From contig JBMNRP010000013.1 in NCBI GenBank assembly GCA_050944685.1, positions 496 through 64,495 of the forward strand: DNA of 64,000 bases. The letters are read 5' to 3'. The DNA comes from Bilifractor sp. GTDB lineage: Bacteria > Bacillota > Clostridia > Lachnospirales > Lachnospiraceae. Shown in pieces: positions 17,916 to 26,160 of this stretch (position 1 is its first letter; each line of letters opens with the position of its first letter). Both the position numbers and the translations under genes were made by a program. Under the pieces are notes generated by a model. That model had not been told where the DNA came from and searched no databases. It saw only the letters and a list, made by a program, of their open reading frames with translations.

Positions 17916-19898
17916 ATGGATTATGCAAAAACTGCCAAAGGCGTGCTCGATAACGTCGGCGGACCTGACAATGTTATCTCGGCGGCACACTGCGCGACGC
18001 GGCTGAGGCTTGTCATAGCAGATAACAGCAAACTTGACAAAAATGCGGTCGAGATGGTTGACGGAGTCAAAGGATGCTTTGAGGCGTCCGGGCAGATTCA
18101 GGTTATCATCGGAACCGGTGCGGTTAATAAGGTTTACGATGAATTCATCAAGATGGCCGGTGTTTCAGAAGCCTCGAAATCGGATGTAAAAGAGGCGGCC
18201 GCCCAGAAACAGAACTGGTTCTTCCGGGCGATCAAGACCCTGGGTGATATCTTCGTTCCCATCATCCCCGCCATCGTGGCGTCCGGACTTCTGAACGGTA
18301 TCCTGAACGGTATTCTTCAGGCAGTTCCGAGCCTGGGAGACAGCAACTTCTACTCCCTGATCAATCTGTTCGCGGGAGCGGCTCTTTCCATGCTGCCGAT
18401 CCTGATTGCCATGAGTGCGGCAAAGAAGTTCGGAGGCAATGAATTCCTGGCTGCCGTTATCGGATTTATCATGATTCACCCGAATCTGGTCAATGCATGG
18501 AATCAGTATATTGATGACGGATCAGGCAATCTGATCAAGAACCCCGATATTGTCACCTGGTTTGATTTCGGCAGCTTCAAGGTAGAAAACGTCGGCTATC
18601 AGGGCCATGTCATTCCGGTTATTATTGCCATTCTATTTATGAGCTGGCTGGAAAAGAAGCTGCACAAGATCGTCCCCGAGATCATCGATCTCTTTGTTAC
18701 CCCGCTGGTTACCGTCCTGGCTACCGGCATACTGACGATGATGTTCATCGGACCGATCTTCGGAAACATTGAGAACTGGATTCTGAAAGGAGCGAGAGCC
18801 CTCATCGGCCTGCCGTTCGGAATCGGAGGCCTGCTTGTCGGATTCCTGTACGCGTTCACCGTCGTCGCCGGCTTCCATCATATGTACAATATGATCGAAG
18901 CCCAGATGGTGTCCAACGGACTGAACACCTGGATGCCGGTCGCCACGGCCGCCAATGTCGGACAGGGTGCGGCGGCGCTGGCCGTTTCCATGAAGTCGAA
19001 GAGCAAAAAGACGAAAGAGGTTGCCGGACCGTCCTCGCTTTCCGCTTTCCTTGGCATCACGGAGCCTGCCATTTTCGGTGTCAACCTCCGGAACAGGACG
19101 TCCTTTATCGCGGCCTGCTGCGGCGGCGCGGTCGGCGGAATGCTGGCTTCTCTGTTCGGAGTCGGAGCCACGGCCTACGGAATTACCGGTCTGTTCGGTT
19201 TTCTGATCGTGCCGGATTATATCCCGCAGTACGCTATTGTGATGGCGGCTTCGTTCGCGGTCGCGTTTATTGTTTCCTTTATCACTTATAAGGATGATCC
19301 GGAACAGCTTGCCCGCGAGAAAGCGGCAGAGGCAGCTGCCGAGAAAGAAGAAGAGGCGGAAGAGGCCGTGGAAGTGGTCGAATCCACGGCTCCGGTCGAG
19401 GAAACCAAAACGGATGCCGGTGCATCTGCCGTAAAGGCGGAAGCGGCGGGAGAAGCGAAGATGGTATTTTCGCCTGCGAAGGGTACGGCGATTCCGCTCT
19501 CCGCGGTTCATGACGCCACCTTTGCCTCGGAGGCTCTCGGGAAAGGTATGGCCGTTATTCCCACAGAGGGCAAGATTTACGCGCCGTTTGACGGAACGCT
19601 CGATATGCTCTATGACACGAAACACGCGCTCGGCCTGACATCAAAGGACGACGTGGAGGTATTGATCCATGTAGGAATTGACACCGTCAAGCTGAACGGG
19701 AAATACTTTACCGCGCACGTTGAGTCCGGTGCCGAGGTGAAGAAAGGAGATCTGCTTCTGGAGTTCGATATCGACAAGATCAAAGAGGCGGGATACTTCA
19801 TCGACACCGTGCTGATTGTGACAAATTCCGATGATTACGACAGCGTCGAGATGGTTACGCCGACCGAACCCGGCATGCCGGTGCTGGCGGTGCGGTAA
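17916..19898 (+). CDS. scrA: PTS sucrose-family EIIBCA component
   Basis: 660 aa. EIIB with CATRLRL, a large EIIC membrane domain, an Ala/Glu-rich linker, and EIIA(Glc-type) with HVGIDTVKLNG. Followed by sucrose-6-P hydrolase and fructokinase genes. Confidence 0.88.
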   Translation: MDYAKTAKGVLDNVGGPDNVISAAHCATRLRLVIADNSKLDKNAVEMVDGVKGCFEASGQIQVIIGTGAVNKVYDEFIKMAGVSEASKSDVKEAAAQKQNWFFRAIKTLGDIFVPIIPAIVASGLLNGILNGILQAVPSLGDSNFYSLINLFAGAALSMLPILIAMSAAKKFGGNEFLAAVIGFIMIHPNLVNAWNQYIDDGSGNLIKNPDIVTWFDFGSFKVENVGYQGHVIPVIIAILFMSWLEKKLHKIVPEIIDLFVTPLVTVLATGILTMMFIGPIFGNIENWILKGARALIGLPFGIGGLLVGFLYAFTVVAGFHHMYNMIEAQMVSNGLNTWMPVATAANVGQGAAALAVSMKSKSKKTKEVAGPSSLSAFLGITEPAIFGVNLRNRTSFIAACCGGAVGGMLASLFGVGATAYGITGLFGFLIVPDYIPQYAIVMAASFAVAFIVSFITYKDDPEQLAREKAAEAAAEKEEEAEEAVEVVESTAPVEETKTDAGASAVKAEAAGEAKMVFSPAKGTAIPLSAVHDATFASEALGKGMAVIPTEGKIYAPFDGTLDMLYDTKHALGLTSKDDVEVLIHVGIDTVKLNGKYFTAHVESGAEVKKGDLLLEFDIDKIKEAGYFIDTVLIVTNSDDYDSVEMVTPTEPGMPVLAVR

Positions 19899-20032
19899 GA
19901 ATGCAGATCTCAGAATGGAAATGACCTGATGAAAACCGGCGGGCTTCACCGGATGCGGGACAGAAGGACACTTCGCTGCATTACCGGAGGACCCGCCGGG
20001 AAAGCCGAGGCCTGAATGACCGAAAGGAGGAA

Positions 20033-22003
20033 GTGATGACGGAAAGAAAAGACCACTGGCGTCTCGCCTATCATCTGATGCCGCCGGATGGGTGGCTCAA
20101 TGATCCGAACGGACTCTGCCAGGCGAACGGCATTTATCACATTTATTTTCAGTATGCGCCGAACACGCCTGCTCCGAACGGAAAGAAAGTCCGCACCTGG
20201 GGACATTACGCGGGGCGGGATCTGATTTCTCTGGATTTTTTGGGAATTCCGTTCTGGCCGGAGAAGGAGGATCGCGATGGCTGCTATTCCGGGAGCGCGT
20301 TCGTCAAAGACGGAGAAATCAATCTGTTTTACACCGGAAACATCAAAATCCCCGGTGACTACGATTACATCCATGACGGCCGTGAGGCAAACGAAATCCT
20401 GATCAGAACGAAGGACGGAAAAACCTACGGGGAGAAGAAGGTGCTTTTCGGGACGAAGGATTATCCGAAACACTGCACGCGCCATGTGCGGGATCCGAAG
20501 GTCTGGGAGCGGGACGGAATCTATTACATGGTTCTGGGAGCCCGCATGGACGACGACAGCGGGGCGGTTCTCTTTTACGAGAGCAAAGATCTCGAGAGCT
20601 GGAGCCTTCTGAAAATTGTCAGCACGAACCGGAATTTCGGATATATGTGGGAGTGCCCGGATTACTTTTCACTGGATGGACAGGATGTACTGTCGATCTG
20701 CCCGCAGGGGCTTCCGGAGGAGGAGTACCGCTTTCAGAATAATCATCAGTCCGGATACTTCCTGGTCAGCGGGAATCTCCGGGGAGCTCAGGCGTTCAAA
20801 CCCTTCCTCGAGTGGGATTACGGCTTTGATTTTTATGCGCCGCAGACCTTTGAGGATGAGGGGGGCAGACGCATCCTGATCGGATGGTCCGGCCTTCCCG
20901 ACAAGCCCTATGAAAATCCGACCGCTGAGCGCGGATGGGAGAACTGCCTGACCGTGCCGCGTGTGCTGAAGCTTAAGGGCGAGGTGATTACCCAGAACCC
21001 GGTGGAAGAGCTGAAAAAACTGCGCCACGGCGAGCAGGAGATCAATCCGGACGGAGGTATTTTTTCACTGGAGAAGGCCGCCGGCGATATCGAGATCCGG
21101 TTCGCGAACGGTATGTTTGCGGAGCACAGCGCCTGGGACATCATGATCGGAGAAGGCGTGTGTCTCTCATACAGCAACGGCGTGCTTGCCCTTGATATGA
21201 GTGATCGCGCCGGCCGGGGCAGGAAGGAGCGGCGTGTGAAGGTCAGCAATATCCGGAATGCCCGGCTGATGATCGACCGCTCCATGCTGGAGTTTTTCTT
21301 CAACGACGGCGAGATTGCGATGGCGTCTCATTATTTCCCGGATACGGACGACGACCCGTCTCTGAATATCACGTTCCAGTGCCCCGGCGCACAGATCACC
21401 GGGTGGCAGATGAATTCGCTCCCCTTTAATGAGCAGTATGAAGACAAGTCGGCTTATCCGGAAAGCGGTGCCGAAGACAGCGAGACGGAAGAAAATGAGT
21501 CCGAAGACGGTATGGACAGCCCGGACGGGCATACCGGTGCGGGCGGGCAGGTAAATGCTGCTGACAGCGAAAAGCAGGGAGCGGAAAAACCCGTGGAAGA
21601 AACTTCAGACGCGGAAGAGACTGCAGATAAAGGTTCAGATGCGAAAGGAACCGGACCTGAGGAAGAGACTTCGGAAGAGGCCGGCCCTGCGGACAAGGCT
21701 CCGGAAGAGACGGGATCTGAGGATGAGACTCCGGAAGAAGCGGGACCTGAGGATGAGACTCCGGAAGAAGCCGGGTCTGAGGAAGTGTCTGTGGAGCAGA
21801 CCGGGACCGTGGAAAAATCTGCGGAGGAAGCTCTGGAGAACGCCCTGAAGGAAGCTTCGGCCAGGGAAGGAACCGCCGTGGAAGAATCCGAAGATGATTC
21901 GGAGAAGGAAGATTCGGAGAGCTCCAATGATGAGGGAGCGGCGCTGGAGAAGATGGCGCGGTCTAGAAAGAGAAGACGCGGCTTTCGGAGAAGACACCGC
22001 TGA
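20033..22003 (+). CDS. scrB: sucrose-6-phosphate hydrolase (GH32) with long acidic C-terminal extension
   Basis: GH32 motifs HLMPPDGWLNDPNGL, RDPKV and WECPD. ATG 20036 is 5 nt after AGGAGG. The catalytic part ends near aa 465, followed by about 190 aa of D/E/S/T/P-rich sequence ending RSRKRRRGFRRRHR. Confidence 0.88.
   Translation: MMTERKDHWRLAYHLMPPDGWLNDPNGLCQANGIYHIYFQYAPNTPAPNGKKVRTWGHYAGRDLISLDFLGIPFWPEKEDRDGCYSGSAFVKDGEINLFYTGNIKIPGDYDYIHDGREANEILIRTKDGKTYGEKKVLFGTKDYPKHCTRHVRDPKVWERDGIYYMVLGARMDDDSGAVLFYESKDLESWSLLKIVSTNRNFGYMWECPDYFSLDGQDVLSICPQGLPEEEYRFQNNHQSGYFLVSGNLRGAQAFKPFLEWDYGFDFYAPQTFEDEGGRRILIGWSGLPDKPYENPTAERGWENCLTVPRVLKLKGEVITQNPVEELKKLRHGEQEINPDGGIFSLEKAAGDIEIRFANGMFAEHSAWDIMIGEGVCLSYSNGVLALDMSDRAGRGRKERRVKVSNIRNARLMIDRSMLEFFFNDGEIAMASHYFPDTDDDPSLNITFQCPGAQITGWQMNSLPFNEQYEDKSAYPESGAEDSETEENESEDGMDSPDGHTGAGGQVNAADSEKQGAEKPVEETSDAEETADKGSDAKGTGPEEETSEEAGPADKAPEETGSEDETPEEAGPEDETPEEAGSEEVSVEQTGTVEKSAEEALENALKEASAREGTAVEESEDDSEKEDSESSNDEGAALEKMARSRKRRRGFRRRHR
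21654..21803 (+). repeat. five imperfect 30-bp in-frame tandem repeats (decapeptide P/S-E-[ED]-E-T-[SP]-E-E-A-G)
   Basis: Units at 21654, 21684, 21714, 21744 and 21774. The two central units differ at only a few positions (tctgaggatgagactccggaagaagcggga / cctgaggatgagactccggaagaagccggg). Confidence 0.8.
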
Positions 22004-22077
22004 AAAGGCCGGAGGATCCGGATAACGGACGCATGATCCGCCCGGATAATCCGCCGGAATATTCGCTTTGAGGAGGA

Positions 22078-23028
22078 ATGGATATGACAGATGTAACGGC
22101 ACTCGGTGAGGTGTTGATCGATTTTACGCCCTGCGGGGTTTCCGAGGGCGGAAGAAACATCTTTGAACAGAATCCGGGAGGAGCTCCCGCCAATGTGCTC
22201 GCCGCGCTCTCGAAGATGGGAAAAAAGACGGCTTTCATCGGAAAAGTCGGCGATGATATGCACGGTTCATTCCTGCGGAAAACGCTGGAGGACCTCTCGA
22301 TTGATACGACGGGCATGATTACGGACCCGGACTATTTTACAACCCTTGCGTTTGTCGGCCTGGAGAACGGTGAGAGAAGCTTTTCGTTCGCCAGAAAACC
22401 CGGCGCGGACACGCAGCTTCGCGCGGACGAGATCAATGAAGATCTGGTGAAGGGCACAAAAATATTTCATTTCGGTTCGCTCTCCCTGACCGATGAGCCG
22501 GCGCGCTCCGCGACGATTCATGCGGTGGAGATGGCGAAGAAGGCGGGCGCTCTGATTTCCTACGATCCGAATTACCGCGCTCCGCTCTGGCCCGATGAAA
22601 AGACCGCCAGAGAGACGATGCGCTCTGTTGTCCACTACGTGGATATCATGAAGATCTCGGACGAGGAGTGCGATCTTCTGACGGATGAGACGGATCCGGA
22701 ACATGCGGCGGATAAGCTGCTTGCCCGGGGAGTGCGCTGCGCGTTCGTAACTCTGGGAGGAGAGGGCGCGCTGATGAAAACGAAGTCTTTCTGTGTGAAA
22801 GAGCCTGCCATGTCCGGGAAACCCGTTGACACGACCGGAGCCGGAGATTCGTTCTGGGGCGGCATTCTGTGGCAGTTCGTAGACCGCGGCGTCTCGCCGG
22901 AAGAGATTGACGAGGCGGCTGCCCATGAGATGCTCCATTTCGCGAATACTGTCGCGGGACTCTGCGTACAGAAGCGCGGCGCCATTCCGGCCATGCCGAC
23001 GCTGGAGGAAGTCAGGAAAAACCTTTAA
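22078..23028 (+). CDS. scrK: fructokinase (PfkB/ribokinase family)
   Basis: 316 aa with LGEVLIDF, NPGGAPANV and the C-terminal DTTGAGDSF motif. GAGGAGG is 1 nt from ATG 22078 and 7 nt from ATG 22084, so the latter is the likely start. Confidence 0.85.
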   Translation: MDMTDVTALGEVLIDFTPCGVSEGGRNIFEQNPGGAPANVLAALSKMGKKTAFIGKVGDDMHGSFLRKTLEDLSIDTTGMITDPDYFTTLAFVGLENGERSFSFARKPGADTQLRADEINEDLVKGTKIFHFGSLSLTDEPARSATIHAVEMAKKAGALISYDPNYRAPLWPDEKTARETMRSVVHYVDIMKISDEECDLLTDETDPEHAADKLLARGVRCAFVTLGGEGALMKTKSFCVKEPAMSGKPVDTTGAGDSFWGGILWQFVDRGVSPEEIDEAAAHEMLHFANTVAGLCVQKRGAIPAMPTLEEVRKNL

Positions 23029-23043
23029 TCTCTGCTGTCAAAG

Positions 23044-23100
23044 AAATCCCTTCGTGACCGGCCGATTCCGGCTGCCACGAAGGGATTATTCATTTTCGTT
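23044..23100. terminator. bidirectional intrinsic terminator between scrK and the DUF362 gene
   Basis: 13-bp stem AAATCCCTTCGTG / CACGAAGGGATTT. T-rich tracts follow on both strands (ATTCATTTTCGTTT on plus, TTTCTTTG on minus). Confidence 0.7.
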
Positions 23101-23111
23101 TCGGATCCGGA

Positions 23112-24233
23112 TTACATATTCACGAGCTCGTACTTCCGCGTCCCGAGGCCGATTTTTTCGGCGTGCGAAAGGCAGGCTTCCCAGTCGACGATGTGGTGTG
23201 TATTGTGCCAGAGATCGCCGGAGTCATGGAAATCTTCCCGTTTCATATGATCGCCGACCATACTGTTTTCAAACGGTGTTGCCTGGTTGCAGAGATCCGA
23301 GCAGGCCTGATCGAGGGCAACCGGATCAAAAGAGGCAGCCATTCCGATATCCGGAATGATCGGGGCGTCATTTTCCGAATGGCAGTCACAGTTCGGCGAG
23401 ACATCCATGATCAGGCTGACATGGAAAGTCGGTCGCCCGGCACAGACAGCTGCGGAATATTCGGCCATTTTCTTTCCGAGAAGCTGGGGAGCATCCCAGT
23501 TTCCGTTTTCAATGGCATTGAAGCTGCAGGCGCCGATGCATCTTCCGCAGCCCTTGCAGAGATCGTAATCGATCCGGGCTTTCCCGGAGTCGTAGGAGAT
23601 GGCATCCGAACCGCATTCCTTCGCACAGCGGCGACAGCAGCGGCAGTTTTCTTCGATAATTCTGGGCTTTCCGCTGTCGTGCTGATGCATCTTTCCGGCG
23701 CGGCTTCCGCAGCCCATTCCCAGGTTCTTAATGGCGCCGCCGAATCCCGCCATCTCATGCCCCTTGAAATGGCTCAGGCTGATTACGATGTCGGCGTCCA
23801 TGATGGCGTGTCCGATGAAAGCGGTTTTGCAGTATTCGCCGCCCGGGACCGGGACTTCAATGTCGTCCGTTCCGCGCAGTCCGTCCGCGATAATGATCTG
23901 GCATCCGGTCGAGATCGGATTGAAGCCGTTGAGATTGGCGCAGTCCAGATGCTCGAGGGCGTTTTTCCGGCTTCCGGGATAGAGTGTGTTGCAGTCCGTC
24001 AGAAACGGCAGGCCGTTCTTTTCCCTGACGAGTTCCACGATTGCCCGGGCGTAATTCGGGCGCAGGAAAGCGACATTCCCCAGTTCACCGAAATGCATCT
24101 TGATCGCGACAAACTTCCGGTCCATGTCGATCGTGTCAATTCCCGCCCTGCGGCAGAGCTTTTTCAGCTTGTCGGTAATCGGAACGCCCAGTTTTGTGCG
24201 GAAGTCTGTAAAATAAACCTTTGACTTTTCCAT
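23112..24233 (-). CDS. DUF362-family protein with two inserted 4Fe-4S ferredoxin motifs
   Basis: 373 aa. N-terminus KVYFTDF...FVAIKMHFGE is typical of DUF362. Cluster motifs CRCCRRCAKEC and CKGCGRCIGAC, plus CDC near the C-terminus. Confidence 0.85.
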   Translation of the reverse strand: MEKSKVYFTDFRTKLGVPITDKLKKLCRRAGIDTIDMDRKFVAIKMHFGELGNVAFLRPNYARAIVELVREKNGLPFLTDCNTLYPGSRKNALEHLDCANLNGFNPISTGCQIIIADGLRGTDDIEVPVPGGEYCKTAFIGHAIMDADIVISLSHFKGHEMAGFGGAIKNLGMGCGSRAGKMHQHDSGKPRIIEENCRCCRRCAKECGSDAISYDSGKARIDYDLCKGCGRCIGACSFNAIENGNWDAPQLLGKKMAEYSAAVCAGRPTFHVSLIMDVSPNCDCHSENDAPIIPDIGMAASFDPVALDQACSDLCNQATPFENSMVGDHMKREDFHDSGDLWHNTHHIVDWEACLSHAEKIGLGTRKYELVNM

Positions 24234-24294
24234 GAGTTGCAGTGCTCCTCTCTGATAAGGTTCCGGGACTTAATGCCGGTGATGAAGTGAACGG

Positions 24295-24969
24295 TCAGAT
24301 GCCGGCACCCCGGAGAATCGCGTCTGCCTTGGTGTATGCCGTGTCGTTCCAGGGGTAGGAGGAATCCGTCACGCCCGCATCATCCAGCATAGACTGTGCA
24401 TCGTTTCCATCCTTCAGCGTGTGAATGGTCTCACCGACCAGGACGATTTCCTCCGAAAAATTATTGTGATCTTCCTCGGAGAGTCCTTCCAAAAATTGAG
24501 CCGTCTGGGCCGAGAGATCGCTCTCGCTCAGGGAAGTGGTCATGGTGAAATCCAGAACGTCCGCTGAGACAATGGTTGATTTCAGAGTGGATCCGGCGGT
24601 CCCCGCCTGCACGTCCGTCAGGATCTCATTGAGAATGGCGGTAAATTCAGAATCCTGGTCGGTGTCGGCGGTTCCGGGTGATGCGGATGAAGCGGAAATT
24701 GTGTTTTCAGCAGCCGTCCCCCCGGTACTCACGGACGACGCGGACAATGCTTCGGATCCGGAAGAGACGCCGGAGACTGCCGGTTCGCTGACGGAAGCGG
24801 AAGAATCCGAAGAAGCGTCCGATGAGGATGATATCGCCGATGATCCCGAAGATGAGGCGGCAGAGGAAGCGGAAGAAGATCCTCCGGAAGATCCGGCGGA
24901 GCCTCCGCAGCCGGTCGATGCCAGAACAAAAGCCAGCAGGCCTGCCGCAGCCATATATTTCAGTTTCAT
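24295..24969 (-). CDS. lipoprotein with Ser-rich linker, function unknown
   Basis: Signal peptide plus lipobox (LLAFVLASTGC), about 90 aa of Ser/Ala/Gly low complexity, then an approximately 120-aa globular C-terminal domain. AAGGAG 7 nt upstream. Confidence 0.7.
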   Translation of the reverse strand: MKLKYMAAAGLLAFVLASTGCGGSAGSSGGSSSASSAASSSGSSAISSSSDASSDSSASVSEPAVSGVSSGSEALSASSVSTGGTAAENTISASSASPGTADTDQDSEFTAILNEILTDVQAGTAGSTLKSTIVSADVLDFTMTTSLSESDLSAQTAQFLEGLSEEDHNNFSEEIVLVGETIHTLKDGNDAQSMLDDAGVTDSSYPWNDTAYTKADAILRGAGI

Positions 24970-25116
24970 GTGTTTTCTCCTTTCTTTTTGCCGGTTATTT
25001 TTCCGGCAGTTACGTACATTTTAATGCATCTTCCCTTTTTCCGCAAATTATTCATCTGCGGGGCATTTCTCCGTCTTTCCGATCGACCATATTTCAGAGA
25101 ATATTGTGAGAATATA

Positions 25117-25125
25117 TGCTATAAT
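25117..25125 (+). promoter_or_regulatory. extended -10 element (TGcTATAAT)
   Basis: TGCTATAAT lies 65 nt upstream of ATG 25190. No clear -35. Confidence 0.4.
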
Positions 25126-25189
25126 TGAAACATCTTTACTGCTTTACAGAAATGAAAGCTGACATCAGAATGGTCCGGGAGGAAGAGAA

Positions 25190-26113
25190 ATGACAGATAA
25201 TCTTTTTACCAATGACGTGATTATTTCCTGGCTTCAATATTTTGCACAGAATACGCCGGTTGATCTGGAGCATGTCAAGATGCTCGATATCACGAAGAAA
25301 AATAAGAGTGTGATTCCGACCGTTGAGTCCCATAAGGCGACGCTCGTCTTCACGGAGGCGGGAGATCCGGATATTTTTTACCGGATGTGGAACGCCGGAC
25401 TCGGCGAGTGCGAGGTCTGGTACAACGAGGGATCGGAGCCGACCGGGGAGATCAAGCATGACAAGCTGAAAAGCATGATTGACCGCGGAATCAACGCGTC
25501 CGCGGGAATGCTGGTGTTCAATGACAAAGCACGCAATACCTATAAGATCGGTATGAGCAATGAAAACTTCCGCCGCGGTTCGGTTCATTACGTCGGCAGC
25601 GAGATCCGCGCCGTTATTCTGAACAAGATGTCGGTCGGACTGCAGGACGATATCATCGTAATCAGCGGCGAGAGCATCGCGGTCGAGGCGGCGATCATCG
25701 CCCAGGAGGGAAGTGTGACCGCGGTCGAGTACAACAGCGACGACCGGCACACGATGGAGGAAAATATCGAACATTTCGGGACGAGAAACATCCACCTGAT
25801 CGATCATGTGGACGCCGAGACGATGAAGAGCGTTCCGGTGCCTTCACTCGTCTTCATGGTAGCTTCCGCCAGCATGGAGCAGGAGCTGGACTGCCTGACC
25901 AGGATCAACCCGAATATCAATGTCGTGATTTATACGCTGGATTTCACCGTGGCTGCGAACATGGATCAGATTTTCGCCCGTTATAACATTGTAGACAAAG
26001 AGGTCATTCAGATTTCCATCCAGAAGCTCGGGCACAAGAATCTGTTTGAGCAGGAACCGGCACCCTGGATTATCACCGGCCGTGCGGCGGGACGGAATCA
26101 GCGCAGACAGTAA
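25190..26113 (+). CDS. CbiE(C-terminal part)/CbiT-like protein with degenerate SAM-binding loop
   Basis: 307 aa. The C-terminal 180 aa align by eye to precorrin-6Y/cobalt-precorrin-6B C15-methyltransferase CbiT (FRRG.V...SEIRAV.L.K, VEAAIIA, AVEYN, NI.LI, VF., VIYT, PW.ITG). The GxGxG loop reads ISGESIAV. Confidence 0.6.
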   Translation: MTDNLFTNDVIISWLQYFAQNTPVDLEHVKMLDITKKNKSVIPTVESHKATLVFTEAGDPDIFYRMWNAGLGECEVWYNEGSEPTGEIKHDKLKSMIDRGINASAGMLVFNDKARNTYKIGMSNENFRRGSVHYVGSEIRAVILNKMSVGLQDDIIVISGESIAVEAAIIAQEGSVTAVEYNSDDRHTMEENIEHFGTRNIHLIDHVDAETMKSVPVPSLVFMVASASMEQELDCLTRINPNINVVIYTLDFTVAANMDQIFARYNIVDKEVIQISIQKLGHKNLFEQEPAPWIITGRAAGRNQRRQ

Positions 26114-26160
26114 GGATAGCCGGCGGATTTGAAAACGACAGAATGAGGGGAAACTAAAAA

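Noticed and set aside
23112-24233. Idea that the DUF362 Fe-S protein could be the missing client or LarA surrogate for the nearby lar genes.
   Set aside because: It is 6 kb away on the opposite strand, with unrelated operons and terminators in between. I have no sequence evidence linking DUF362 to NPN binding (no LarA-type motifs recognised). This is pure speculation.
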